Below, piece after piece: positions 13,520-27,080 of a stretch of DNA of 64,000 nt. A program made the translations under genes and the position numbers. The notes under the pieces were generated by a model, which was given only the letters and a program-made list of their open reading frames with translations, searched no databases and was not told where the DNA came from. Source of the stretch: Octopus bimaculoides (lineage: Eukaryota); assembly GCF_001194135.2 (NCBI RefSeq), contig NC_068992.1:1698333-1762332 (forward strand), written 5' to 3'. Positions within the stretch are counted from its first letter, which is position 1. Each line of letters starts with the position of its first letter.

Positions 13520-14277
13520 CAGTTCATGTACAAGTATAGGGTAATGGTTTGGGCCGCGTGCAGCAGCTTAGGTGTTGGTCCAGTTGTTAAGGTTGATAGT
13601 ATACTGAACAGTCTAGGCTATCTGCAATTAGTAAATGAAAATGTGCTCCCATATTTAAATAATCAGATGCCACCAGGATCTATTTTCCAGTAAGGCAATT
13701 TGTCCCGTTCATAAGGCTAGGAAAGTTTTTTTTTTAATATTTTGAGCGCAATAATATGGTGGTTATTGAGTGGCTTCCTCAGAGCCCGGATTTGAGTCCC
13801 ATAGAAATTTATGGAATTATGTTTCTAAAATAGTTCATGTTAAAAAAGCAAAACCTTTGTCCCAGTTATATAATTTTATTGAAGAAATATGGCAGACCAT
13901 TCCAAGTGATTTTTGTGCTCATTTGTCGGATTCCATGTCCCGCCGTTGTAATGGTATAACTGAAAATAATGGCTATCAAACTAGTAACTAATAATATATT
14001 TTTGTTCATTGATCATTTGTGTCGTAAATTTTCAATTTAACAAAATAATGCTGGTATGGTCTTAAAATTATTCTGCCAACAATTATTAATCATTGGAATG
14101 AATTGCGCATTAAAATTATTCAGATTCTAGAAAGATATATAACACATTTATCAATCGAAAGAAAACAATTCTACATAAACTGTAAAAAGTAAAATAATAT
14201 TATACAGTTTCGTTGCAAATAAATTACTGTAGGAATAGAACTGTCATCATCGGTTTAAACTTATTTTGGCCAGTGTA
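13520..14277 (+). mobile_element. Tc1-family (DD34E) DNA transposon remnant: transposase C-terminal half and right end
   Basis: Translation across frameshifts gives VMVWAACSSLGVGPVVKVDSILNSLGYLQLV...IFQ*GN..PVHKAR...VIEWLPQSPDLSPIE/LWNYV...IEEIWQTIP...LSDSMSRRCNGITENNGYQTSN*, carrying the Tc1 motifs VMVWG, FQQDN.P.H and WP.QSPDLNPIE.LW. It ends in ...GGCCAGTG followed by TA (14276-14277). Confidence 0.9.
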
Positions 14278-14428
14278 TATATATATAAATGAGTAGAAAT
14301 AGTCATCGTAATCTTCATGTGGTGGGGTGTTAACGGAGTGTTTTATGAAGCCATGTGAATAGTTGAATTTTGGTCAGAAACCTACGGACCAAATGCGTTT
14401 TTAAATTCTTACTTTTAATACACACACA

Positions 14429-14468
<40 letters not shown>

Positions 14469-16225
14469 ATAGATATTATAATAATAATACAATAGTATTA
14501 ATTTCCAGCGAAATACAGCACTACTATTTCCTGTATATATATGTATGTATACACATATGTGTATACATATATGTATGTATGTATGTATGTGTGTATGTAT
14601 GTATGTATATACATATGCATACATGCCATGGGAAGAAATAGTCTTCGTAATTTTCATGATGGATACGTTTGAATATTATTTGCTGAAGACATTAACAACT
14701 ATCAAAGGCTTCACCGAATTTTCCTACTTGAATATGCTACTGAGTGTAAGGATTTAGAGTAGATCTAACTGCAAGGAATTCACACTGGAGACCTTTAAAG
14801 AGTTTGTGAGAAACAAACAAACAGATTGACTGAATGTCTTAAGAAGAAATTTATTGTAAATGCTTCAGCTCATTGTTAATTATATGCCAGAGAATTGTAC
14901 GCTTAATGAGTTGATATTTGACTGTATGAAAGGGGTTGCATTCCGGGTTTGGGATTCTGCATTTATTGAGTGTTTCAAAATATCGGCTTACATTCGCGTA
15001 TAGACTAATGAAATGCAACTTTTGGTCAATATAAAGGCCTTCTCTAGATCGCAATGTTTGAGAACAATAGAAGGAGGATTATAAAGGACGGTAGACTTGT
15101 AGGGTTTCAGAGACAATACATACTTGTGGTATGTGTATGAAAAATAAGATATGAATGACGTGAAAAGGGGGATATATTTGAAGGTGATATGCCAAATATC
15201 TATAGTTCATGTAAATTGGATAGTAATAGTGTATGAACTTTCTAAGGCGCCATCGTAATTAAAAAGCTGCGTAAAGTAAAAGCCTACAATGATGATGGAG
15301 TTCACACTGGCAAAGCAGCAACAGGATCAGTTGCTGCTTGGGAATGTGTGGGGTCTGAGATCGATGTTTGCAGCAATCTTTTGTAGTTTGATTAAGGTTT
15401 GCGTATTGCAATATTAATAACATCCAATCTGTTCAGAATGAATTTTGCCGAAAATTAAATATAAATTGCGCAAATATGTTCAAGACATTCAATATGAAAC
15501 ATAAAATATTTCAAATATCAAAATAACAAATATGCTGATAAAGCCTTTGCGTATATAAACCCATTCGTTTCTTCTTTATATTTTTGTTTGTTTGCAAGAT
15601 GGAAATATTTCTAAAAAACAAATATGAATAAAACTAACTTAAATCGCATTCTCGTTCATTGTTTCAAATACTTTTTAGAAAGTAATTATGAGAAAATATA
15701 TTAATATATTGTGTATGCATACATACGTCACAGCCAACATGACGCATAGTCCCAATTTTATATATTTCTCCCCCTACATGGATCCGCGTACGCGAACCAG
15801 CGTATATACACTAGAAACATACAGGGCAATAATAAACATATATGCGGGCATATCAAGATATCATTTTATGAAGTCGTGCAACGCTTGTTTGTCTCCACGT
15901 TCACAATACCGTAAAAAACTACGAATGCATGTATGAACGCCTGCAAATATATATCTCTGGCTGAGCGCATGTACGAGTGTAAATGTACATGCATATGCGT
16001 TATGATATTTAAATGAATTCATGTATGAATGTTCATATACAGGCATATAATGAAGTATGTATGTCAATATTGATGTATACTCTCCCTTTGATTACGTAGC
16101 ATATACATGCATATATAAACGGATATATACATGCGTGTATAGGCTTATGTACATATACGAGGAAATATGCGCTCATGGATATCATATACGTATGCATATA
16201 TATGTATATATGTGTATAGTTATAA

Positions 16226-16256
<31 letters not shown>

Positions 16257-16367
16257 NNNNNNNNNNNNNNNNNNNNNNNNNNNNNNNNNNNNNNNNNNNN
16301 NNNNNNNNNNNNNNATATGTATATATATATATATATGGGTGTAAATATATACATATGTATGTTCATG

Positions 16368-16400
<33 letters not shown>

Positions 16401-16649
16401 TTATCTATCTATATATATGCGTGTGTGAGTGTTATAACTTTTATATTGTATTTCTGTTTCTGAATACGAGTTTGAATATGTGTAAGTTTATGATGAATAT
16501 TTCTGTATTCATATGTTCATGTGTCTGTGTATGTCAATCTGTTTATATACACTCACTTCATGCACGCACACTCCACATGAGCAGACACACACACACACAA
16601 ACTCACACACACACACACGTATACATATACATGTATGTATACGTACACA

Positions 16650-16680
<31 letters not shown>

Positions 16681-16682
16681 GC

Positions 16683-16739
<57 letters not shown>

Positions 16740-17944
16740 TGTGTTTGTGTGTGTGTATGTATATGACCATATTTATATCGCTATGTATATATTCTGCAAA
16801 TATTGGAATTGCTTGATTCTGACGGGTTACAATCGCTTTTACGCTATTCAAACGTTTCTTTCAAAACAATTCTCTAATCTAAAATATGACATTAACTAAA
16901 ATGAGCATTGAAATCGTTCTTCCTCGTCAGAGATATTTCTTTTAAAACAATTTTGAATTACAACTGATCTACTATGTTTGTTTTGTTTTATTTCATTTAT
17001 TACTTTATTTGTTTGGAGTTGAATAAAACTCATTACTGTTAATAACATCTGCTAAATATCAAAACTGAATTCTAGTAATAGCTAAGATAAATGCCAACAT
17101 GTTGCATCTATCGTCCTACACGTTATATTCGGATCGTGGTTAAAGAGGGGAGGGTATTTCCGGTTTCAATTAAAATATAAATAAAGAAATGTCAAGGCAC
17201 TCATCAGTGTTGGTTTGCTTCTATAACAGACATAAATGCATACATTTCATTTTATTATATAGAACATAAAATACATGTGTATTTTCTTTAAGTGATAGCA
17301 TGTTTAAAATGTACAAATTTTTGCGTTGTATCTTAACTGATGCAGAAATATATGAACCACGCGTCTTAAATTCGTTTTATAGCTAATTTAGAAGGGGATT
17401 TCAATTTTGTAGGACGAGATGTCATTCTAAATTCCATACGTTTCCCAAGTGTGTTCGATGTTCTTAGACTGGCAGAAGGATAAAAGGAAATGAATTTTGA
17501 TGGAGTTTTACAGACGATCTTAGAAAGGTAATACGGAAAAATTACACCGATGGAATTTGGACTTTAGAACGTATGGGACTGTTACAATATTATAAGAGAA
17601 TATGCTAATGCTAGACTTATAATATTTAGTTTCAATCTTGAATATCTCTTATCAAATCAGTCTGAAATGATCTTAAAATATCTAATAAATCAAGGAGTGT
17701 GTATGCGGGTATATATATGTATAGTTTTTGGCGAGTATATGGGTGAGCATGTGTATTTCAAGCGAGGGTGGTTTAGTATATACATATACGGATTGGTGCG
17801 CTTACGCGAACGCTATATAATTTTTTACTGTATTACCTTTACCCCTCCCCTTACTATGGGCTCTATAGCTCTTTTGTCTTAATAACGGTCAACTACACAG
17901 TAATTTCCCTTTATTTAACGGTCATTTTTCACAGGAATTTTCAA

Positions 17945-18047
17945 TGGCTGGATAGCTGAAGAAATATTGGCGTGGGTTCCCACCCCGGCATCCGAAACTC
18001 GGAGTTTTATCATGGCTACCGAATAAGTGTCACATATTTTTACAGAT
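17945..18047 (+). repeat. Short interspersed repeat (family C, copy 1) carrying a hammerhead motif
   Basis: GGCATCCGAAACTCGGAGTTTTATCATGGCTAC and GAATAAGTGTCACATATTTTTACA are identical to the copy at 54165-54265. Confidence 0.9.
17951..18011 (+). ncRNA. Type I hammerhead ribozyme-like motif (family C, copy 1)
   Basis: Stem I GATAG/TTATC; core CTGAAGA 17956-17962; stem II hairpin (GTGG/CCAC) with a mismatched base; GAAA 17994-17997; palindromic stem III ACTC-G-GAGT; GUU triplet with predicted cleavage after 18006. Confidence 0.6.
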
Positions 18048-20029
18048 ATATATATATATATATATATANNNNNNNNNNNNNNNNNNNNNNNNNNNNNNNN
18101 NNNNNNNNNNNNNNNNNNNNNNNNNNNNNNNNNNNNNNNNNNNNNNNNNNNNNNNNNNNNNNNNNNNNNNNNNNNNNNNNNNNNNNNNNNNNNNNNNNNN
18201 NNNNNNNNNNNNNNNNNNNNNNNNNNNNNNNNNNNNNNNNNNNNNNNNNNNNNNNNNNNNNNNNNATATATATACTCTTTGAAATTAAGCTGATCTGGAG
18301 CGACAAGAAATATTTTGAGTCTTGTTCTTCTCTTGTAACTTGAATGTCATTTAAAAAAAGTTTCACGTGTTACCATGTCATTATCAGATATAGCGAAAGT
18401 TCTTTGTATGTATCCGCGTTATACCTATTAATGTGTTCGCTATCCACCGATTTGTTAGCATGTTATTCTACTGAGGTGTTCTGAACTGACAGGAATGGTT
18501 GCAAAGAATTCTTATTATCAGAATGCAACGTATTGAAACTAACAGCTATACGAAGTTCGTTCGTGATCAGCAGGCCCTTTGTGCATTCGTTGTCGTATTT
18601 TCTCTTGGAAATTGTAAAAGTGTGTTCGTTGACAGGATGAAATATAATTAATTGTATTTCTTGTTGCTCCAAAATATCTGTAAAAAAAACTGAGTGAATT
18701 CTATAAGTGTATAGGCCCCCAAGAAACTCAAACATCGTTTGTTTTCATGCGGAGATGGCCATAACAGTCTTGAACATTCAGATGATTCATCTGAAATATT
18801 TTACCCCTGCTGAGTTAAATATGGATAATCCATCTAGTTAATCAGCTTAATCTGGTATTTTTTTCTTACAGATTAAACTCCGATAGCAGCAAATTCTAGG
18901 TAGGCCAATGTTCCTTCAGTACGCTCTCCAATGGCCTTTGTTTGTTACACTGTCAACGTCTTACTCCCATTAAGCCTCAGCTGTGACGGATAACACTGAC
19001 AGATACTTCTAGCACTGAATATTCCTCAAGCTCTTTCGTATGGTTCACTATTCTTCTCTGTCTGTTTTACAGATAAATTTAATTGAATTCCGAGCTATGA
19101 GTCGCTGTAAATATACTTGAGAAAGGCATTGGTGTACTTGACGATACTGCGCAAGATTTGGTTCTAAAATCTATTTCCATTGTTCTTGAGAATATCATTG
19201 TTATACAACGCCATTCAGTTCAATATTTTGTATCAGCTTATGTTTCGCTGCTCCAAAGAAAATCGTTTTGGTACTTGTCTTCATCGAGAAGTATTCAGTT
19301 ACCTTTGAATTTACATTTCATTCATCTCTGCAGCATTTGTGCTGCTTCTCTGCGTGACAAACTGTGTTCATCATTCATATTCTGGCGTTCAGTAAATACA
19401 ATACGTTTGAATAAACTGCTATATATATGAACAGAAAAATTATGGAGTTTTGAGTAAATGCCTTTGCCTTGCATATCCTCGTTGCACGTCAACATTGATT
19501 GTTTTTTTTATTCACAAATAGTGAAATGGTATTTAAGAATAGGATTGTTTAGTTTAAAAGCAATGAGAAAAAAACGTCATATTTTATATTATTGTACTAT
19601 TTCAAAATTGAAACATCTTCAACTATTATTAGTAATTCATAGAAATAATAGTTTGGCTTTATAAGTATGTCAAAAATGCAAATAATATCTGTTATTATTT
19701 TAATATATTGGAATTTAGTCTAAAGTATACATAATACATTATAAAGTTTCACTTTATGTTGTCAAAGTTCTGATTTTATGTTTACAATGTGTCTATTTGG
19801 CAACTTTTAAGGAGATATCGCAGTGATCTCTAACAGGTTTTGTAATGACATAAAATCTCTCGTTTGTGAAATTCTGTCGGTGGTATTTGAAGGAAAATGT
19901 GAGAGTCAAACGTAACGTAGTGTTTATTGCAATAACTTAGCCAAGATTTTCTTATACATTAAAAAGCGGTTTATAAGTTGCTATTAATTATTTTCTCCAT
20001 GATAAAGGCGTGAATATTTTGTTAATCTT

Positions 20030-20392
20030 ATGATCCTTTTCCTCCGTTTGCTCTCTTCGCATATAGGCAATCAGTGACCACACGTAGATGGTGGGCTCCA
20101 TGCATCGTTAGAAATTTTCTGAAATTCCAGCCCAACTCCTTTACTCCCTCCTCTATCCACGCCAGGAATCCAGCGCCATACCGAACTACTGCGACTGCAC
20201 GAAAGTTCATTGAAGAAATTATGTTTTTGGCGTTCAGCTTTGACGCCATTATTTCTCTCACTCTCCGCTGGTTCTCACAGTTTCTGTTTTCCTTCATGTC
20301 GTTGTGTTTGATTCCATTTGGCTCAAGTATTCCCAGGTATTTACAACTGCATTGAGGTTGAATTGCCTTCATCATTTCACCACATGGCAACT
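20030..20392 (-). mobile_element. R4/Dong-type LINE fragment (RT thumb region) abutting (TAA)n
   Basis: The minus ORF reads PCGEMMKAI...CKYLGILEPNGIKHNDMKE...RRVREIMASKLNAKNIISSMNFRAVAVVRYGAG...W...FLTMHGAHH...DCLYAKRANGGKG. This matches the YKYLGI, RAV.V+RY.AG and DRLY..R..GGRGL motifs of R4/Dong RT. Confidence 0.85.
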
Positions 20393-20838
<446 letters not shown>

Positions 20839-20840
20839 CG

Positions 20841-21043
20841 AAGGTTGAGCTAGCAGAACCGTTCGTACGCTGGACGAAATGATTAGCGGTATTTCGCCCT
20901 TCACTACGTTCAAATTCTGCCGAGGTTGACTTTATCTTTCATCCTTTCGGGGTCGATAAAATAAGTACCAGTTGAACACTTGGTTCGATGTAATCAACTC
21001 ATCCCCGTCACCAAGATTACTGCCCTTGTGAAAAATCTTGAAA
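20841..21043 (+). mobile_element. tRNA-derived SINE, family 1
   Basis: GAGCTAGCAGAACCGTT...TTCAAATTCTGCCGAGGTTGACTTTATCTTTCATCCTTTCGGGGTCGATAAAATAAGTACCAGTT. Confidence 0.85.
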
Positions 21044-21266
21044 ATACTTTCATAATAATAATATTAATATTACTATGTAAAACAATTTGATCCAGGTATT
21101 TGCGACTTAAATTTTCGCAGTCTTCTGTGAAGCCCATGAAACTTTATATCACAGACAGCCGAATCAAACTCTTTTCAATAGTAATATATGTAACTGCTAT
21201 TGAACGTGTTTAGTGTCTATTCTTCCGCTTTCCCACTCGTCCGTACACACACAGGCACACACACAG

Positions 21267-21309
<43 letters not shown>

Positions 21310-23295
21310 CACACACACACACACACACANNNNNNNNNNNNNNNNNNNNNNNNNNNNNNNNNNNNNNNNNNNNNNNNNNNNNNNNNNNNNNNNNNNNNNN
21401 NNNNNNNNNNNNNNNNNNNNNNNNNNNNNNNNNNNNNNNNNNNNNNNNNNNNNNNNNNNNNNNNNNNNNNNNNNNNNNNNNNNNNNNNNNNNNNNNNNNN
21501 NNNNNNNNNNNNNNNNNNNNNNNNNNNNNNNNNNNNNNNNNNNNNNNNNNNNNNNNNNNNNNNNNNNNNNNNNNNNNNNNNNNNNNNNNNNNNNNNNNNN
21601 NNNNNNNNNNNNNNNNNNNNNNNNNNNNNNNNNNNNNNNNNNNNNNNNNNNNNNNNNNNNNNNNNNNNNNNNNNNNNNNNNNNNNNNNNNNNNNNNNATA
21701 TATATATATATATATATATACGTATGTACATATGCGTGTATTTTAGACGTTTTGTACTTCAAACATATAAAGACTTTGGAAACTTTTGTTTTGAACGAAA
21801 GACACTCAACTTTATATTATAATCAGAGAATTATACTTTGAAATGTAAAGAGAGTTGTCCAAAGTGTGATGAATTTCAAAAGTTTACTCCTTAATTGAAA
21901 ATAAAATCTGTAGGCCTGTATTTAAATATATAAGTTTTTATTTCTTTTTTGCCTAAAAATCAGGAAACTACTATAAGATACACAACGAGTTTCTTAATTT
22001 TCAAAACAAGAAAAAAAAAGTAAAATTCCTTCTCATTTAATACAATATTTTGGATGGTAAACACTTTCTAATTGAAGATATAAAAAAAATATTTACAAAA
22101 TAGATAATAAACTTGTCAAAGAGAACAAACGTTAATCTCTTTGAAATGTTCAATAACGATTATATATTAATATTACAAAGACGGTGATGGAGAAAAAAAC
22201 AAGATGATTTGAAGAAACACATTAAAGAGATAACTTGTATGTTTCTGTATCAGTTGCGGAAGAGATGAAAGCTGTGTGTATGTATGAAGTGTATGTCGGA
22301 GATATTGCGTACCTCTGTGAAAGTTATTAATTTCCTCAGCATAATAGAAGTTAATTATTTAAACACCAGCCCCATTGATAAGAATGCTTGCAAAGATAAT
22401 GATGTAATAATAATGATAAAACTTTTAATAATAATATTAACGATATTTTCTAAATTATTCAGAATTATTTCAGATAGGGATTAAGTTGACCAGCATATAA
22501 CGGGTGTATGTATGTATGTATGTATGTATGTATGTTATTCTGTCTAGTTCAAGACTTCTTGCCAATACGAAAACAGCTGGTTCCTAACTTAGATTCGAGG
22601 TACCTTCTTGGGTTTTCTACATAACCACATTTCTTTGTGTGTTTGTGTGTGCAGTAAGTGGAAAATATGTACGTATGTATGCATACATGTACGTGTGTAT
22701 GTATACATGCATGTATGTATGTATTTATGTATGTGTGTATTTCCGTATGTATGGATGAATATATGTGTGTATGTATCACTCATGTCCAGATATCGGAGAA
22801 GCTACGTTGCCTATATTATACAAAACTGATAACAGTTGCTGATGTCTGTTAATATGCTGGCTGCATGGATTACGCTCACAAGATTCGTACGTATGTTTGA
22901 GTCAAAGGAAGACGAAATTCTGTCACAAATGTAGGGATTGATTGTTTCATATCAGACGTAATTGGATCCGATTTCCGGTTATCAAGTGAGGAAAGTGACG
23001 ACCCACAACGCACATCCTATCTAAAATAACACACACACACACATACACACAAGCACAAGAAGTGTTCGCAAACACACGCATAGATATATTATTTCCGACA
23101 TCAGAAATTTTAAAGTTTGAGAAACGCAAAATAATTCGATTTAATGCTGGAAACCGAAGGAGATAAAGCTATGAATAATATATAATACCCTCTCGTTGAA
23201 AGAAAGTTGACGCTTTTTATCCCAACATTTTTATAACGTGATACGTACATTATTATTTATAGAATTATCAACCACGATTTCCATCATGAGAATTG

Positions 23296-23347
<52 letters not shown>

Positions 23348-23842
23348 AACACACACACACACACACACACACACTAACACTAACACACATGTATGTATAT
23401 ATATGTAAAAGCCCATAGCTTTCGAATATTCTCTCCAAAGAGCCTGAGGAACCTGCCAATTATATTATACTCAGAAATTTATTATCTAACCTCATAACAG
23501 ATGAAATATAATCTCCTAGAAAAGTAAATATTATTGCCAGAAGAGACAAAATGATGCAGAATGAAGCCACAGGTAACCTCTAATCTGCGTGTGATTATAG
23601 TGGGACTTTTGGAAAATATACCACGATGCGCTCAATCAAAAATTCTCTCATAATAAGCCATGTATGTAAAACAGACATTGTCTCAGTACGAATTCAATAG
23701 CTTTAAATGCTTTAGCTTTTAATCCAAGTCGGTCCTTGTTGAGCACATCTATTATCGAATGTAGACTAACTGTAACCATACAGTCTTTAAGATATAATTC
23801 ATTTCAGGTGTGGCCACATTATTTCATATAGTAGTAAGCAAG

Positions 23843-24141
23843 TGGTTAATGGCCCACTTCGGTCATGAATGACCATGGGATTGCACCGAGAAAGTTATCC
23901 TCGAAGGCACAAGTCCGGGCAATGCATTCCCACCCCCCTTCTCCATACCAACGATGTTAATTTGCAAGGGAATTGCAAAGGTCGATACATATTGGCACTA
24001 GTGACATCGCAGAGTGAACTGGATTAACGTGAAATAAAGTGTCTTACTCAATAACACAACACACAGCCTGATCCGGGAATCGAAAACGCAACTATGTCTT
24101 TGTTAGTCTGATGCTCTAACCACTAAGCCATGCACCTTCAC
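23843..24141 (-). mobile_element. tRNA-derived SINE, family 3
   Basis: Minus-strand head GTGAAGGTGCATGGCTTAGTGGTTAGAGC...TTTCGATTCCCGG (A and B boxes); the body is shared with 6081-6362 and 57160-57260. Confidence 0.85.
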
Positions 24142-24721
24142 ATAGAGTATACAGAATGTTTTAGAATTATTTGGCTGCTATATGTAGATGATTAAATGAT
24201 CTCATACAAGACGATGCTATTATTGGTTAGCACCCGCTTAAATCTGATTATGTTGATCTTATAATCTTTTCAGCCATGGCTATTCATTCTCTTTGACAGG
24301 AAGTAAAACTTCTTTGTGTAAAGTAGCCTTTCTTTTCTCAAAAGAGTTGGATGTGATTAGGGCAGACTTCATAGATATTTCTAGCACGAGAAATTGTCCC
24401 TGGTGCAAGATAATTTGAGACAAACTTTGCATATATACAAGGAATTCTGGACGTCTGGCGAAATATATTAATAATAGATCCGAAGAATGGTATGTCAACC
24501 AACCAAATAGAGGTATAAAAGATCACAGGAACAGATCTGTCTTGTTCAGGCAATAAAATATACTAATAACAGTCCGGTGGAACAGACCTGCATTGGCCAA
24601 ACAAAGAAATGCAGAAAAATAAACATGAAAAGAAGAAATTGTAGAAAAACTACAAAGAACTTGACAAGATATGCATTTCAGTGAAGGATATATATGTACG
24701 TATGTGTGTGTGTGTGCGTGT

Positions 24722-24769
<48 letters not shown>

Positions 24770-25035
24770 TCAATATGCAAAAGTAACAAGACGTAGAGTT
24801 GCATAAAAGTACAAAAAATGGGTAAAGAGAACATGACGACTAACATCGTCTGCATTTATTGGTATTGTATTAATAACAAAAACACATTATTCAGACAGTG
24901 AATACGTCCAGGATTTACGTTTGGCTGACATAAACCAGTTTACACGTAAAAATGCAAATATATGACAGAATATTACTTTCTATCATAGGAACAAGACCAC
25001 TATTCTGGGGACACACACACACACACAAGCACATA

Positions 25036-25099
<64 letters not shown>

Positions 25100-25101
25100 G
25101 G

Positions 25102-25132
<31 letters not shown>

Positions 25133-25676
25133 CTGTGTGTGTGCGTGTGTGTGCATGTGTGCGTGCGCGCGTGTGTGAGTGTGTGTTTATATTTATATAT
25201 ATTTTATATATATATATGTTCATATGATGATATCTCCACAATGTGTTGATGATGACAAAAACATGTAATCGCTACCAATATGGCAAGAGATTTCTCCGCA
25301 AAAAGTCTAAAGTAGACTCCTTCAGGATTGTTCTCCTCGATTATATATCCAAAATTTTAAATTTAAAAGAGAGTTCCAAATGACTTAATATAATAATGTT
25401 TATTACTTTTATTAAAATACCTATTCTTCAAGGGTATACCCGAAATATGGTCTTTTGCGTCAAAAAACTTTGGAAAATTAGACGGAAGAAATATTTTCAT
25501 CCGAAATATATATACATATATTAAATTCAACTTACGTTGAAAGTCAATATTGTTTGCTTGAAAAGCATTGAAAGATACAGATAAATAAATAATCTTATTC
25601 TCAAACGTATGGTAATGGTAATAATATAGCAGGAACATGATACATTATCCATATTTTGCAGAAAAAAACTGTCGGC

Positions 25677-25748
25677 GTCAGCCATGAGACTCGAGCTCAC
25701 ATCCCCGTGATTTCGTGTCAAGCGCTTTACCATTAAGCTAAACTTCCC
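25677..25748 (-). pseudogene. Isolated tRNA-like sequence (SINE head or tRNA pseudogene)
   Basis: Minus strand has the A box TAGCTTAATGGTAAAGCG and a T-arm GTGAG-CTCGAGT-CTCAT. The acceptor stem does not pair, so this is not a functional tRNA. Confidence 0.55.
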
Positions 25749-25968
25749 CAACGACAGGTTCTTTTGCAAATCTAGCTTTATAAGACGCTATCGTACGTTA
25801 AATTCAACTTAAGTTGAAAGACAACAAGCAAAGCTTGCTTAGAAATGTTGAGATGTATTGACATATTAAATATATATACACAGGTATACAAACATGGGAA
25901 TATAAATACATACACACAGAAACTCACATGTATATATGTATATATATATATATGTATATGTGTATGTA

Positions 25969-26013
<45 letters not shown>

Positions 26014-26895
26014 ATATATGTATTTATATATGTGTGTGTGTGAGTGTGTGTTTGTGTGTATGTATGTGAGTATAAAACATACGTACGTGAGCAATTACCC
26101 AATTAGCTAATAACCACGTTCAAAGAAACCAAAATAATTTCACTCATTTGCTAACTATTACTTATTAAAAATATTACAAATTTGTTGATTTATGCTATTA
26201 GATTTAACTGATTTTATTTATTTGTTTCCCATCAAGGATGTGCAAACTTAATTTGTGCCCATATTTGGGCCAAAATATGAAAATCAGTTTTGTTTCAGTA
26301 GAATTTGATATCAAAATAGTGTAATCGTAGAAAAAAGAACGAGTTTTTACTACACACCTGGCATTCTTTTTTGAGAATCTTCTACGTACGATATATTCAA
26401 ATACATCTTCCAAACAATTAGATTAGTACATAATTTATCATTCGTCGAATCAACAGCTTTTGATCTTTGAATATGAATACCTATAAATTCCGTTTGGCAA
26501 AATGATTTGTTCTTCTCTTTCCTGATATGTTTTGTCGCTTTCTTTCACTTTCGAGTAAAGGCAGCTTTTTAATCACTATAAATGATTCGATACATACAAA
26601 TACTTGTATATTCAGGATTCAAAGTTAAGTTTAAATTAAATTATCCAACGATTTACCTGCATAATAAGAAGGTCAATGTGTATCTCCTCAGGCGATACTC
26701 AGTTGCTGTCACCGTCAGTAAATCTAGATCTCGATGTTACAACATCCATGGCTTCTTTTTATTTTCACACACGAGGAATACCTAAGACTAAAATTGGTCG
26801 TATACCATAAGAATACTACCGGCTATTTGGGAATTCTAAGGGTGAACGAACTCTATTTGTACTCTTATACGTTTTTAGCAAGCAGAACACACCGC

Positions 26896-26947
<52 letters not shown>

Positions 26948-26959
26948 GTTACATCTACC

Positions 26960-27080
26960 AAATCACTCATGCTTCTTTTGTAGGCCAGGGGCAGTTGCAA
27001 AAGGCACCCAACTTGTGGCATAATACAAGGGAACCTGAAGCCACTTAGCTGTAATGTGGAATGTGTAACCACACAGCAAT
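26960..27080 (-). mobile_element. Highly diverged SINE head resembling family 2
   Basis: Minus strand GCTGTGTGGTT...CAGGTTCCC...TTGGG.....GGCCTACAAAAG...GTGA.T is loosely colinear with the family 2 head. Confidence 0.4.

Noticed and set aside
14700-15400. Unique-looking segment possibly derived from a LINE; a similar case lies at 29880-30850
   Set aside because: No diagnostic motif could be read in any frame.
18463-19430. Several ORFs and splice-like sites on both strands
   Set aside because: No consistent phase chain and no recognisable domain; the candidate exons contain stops.
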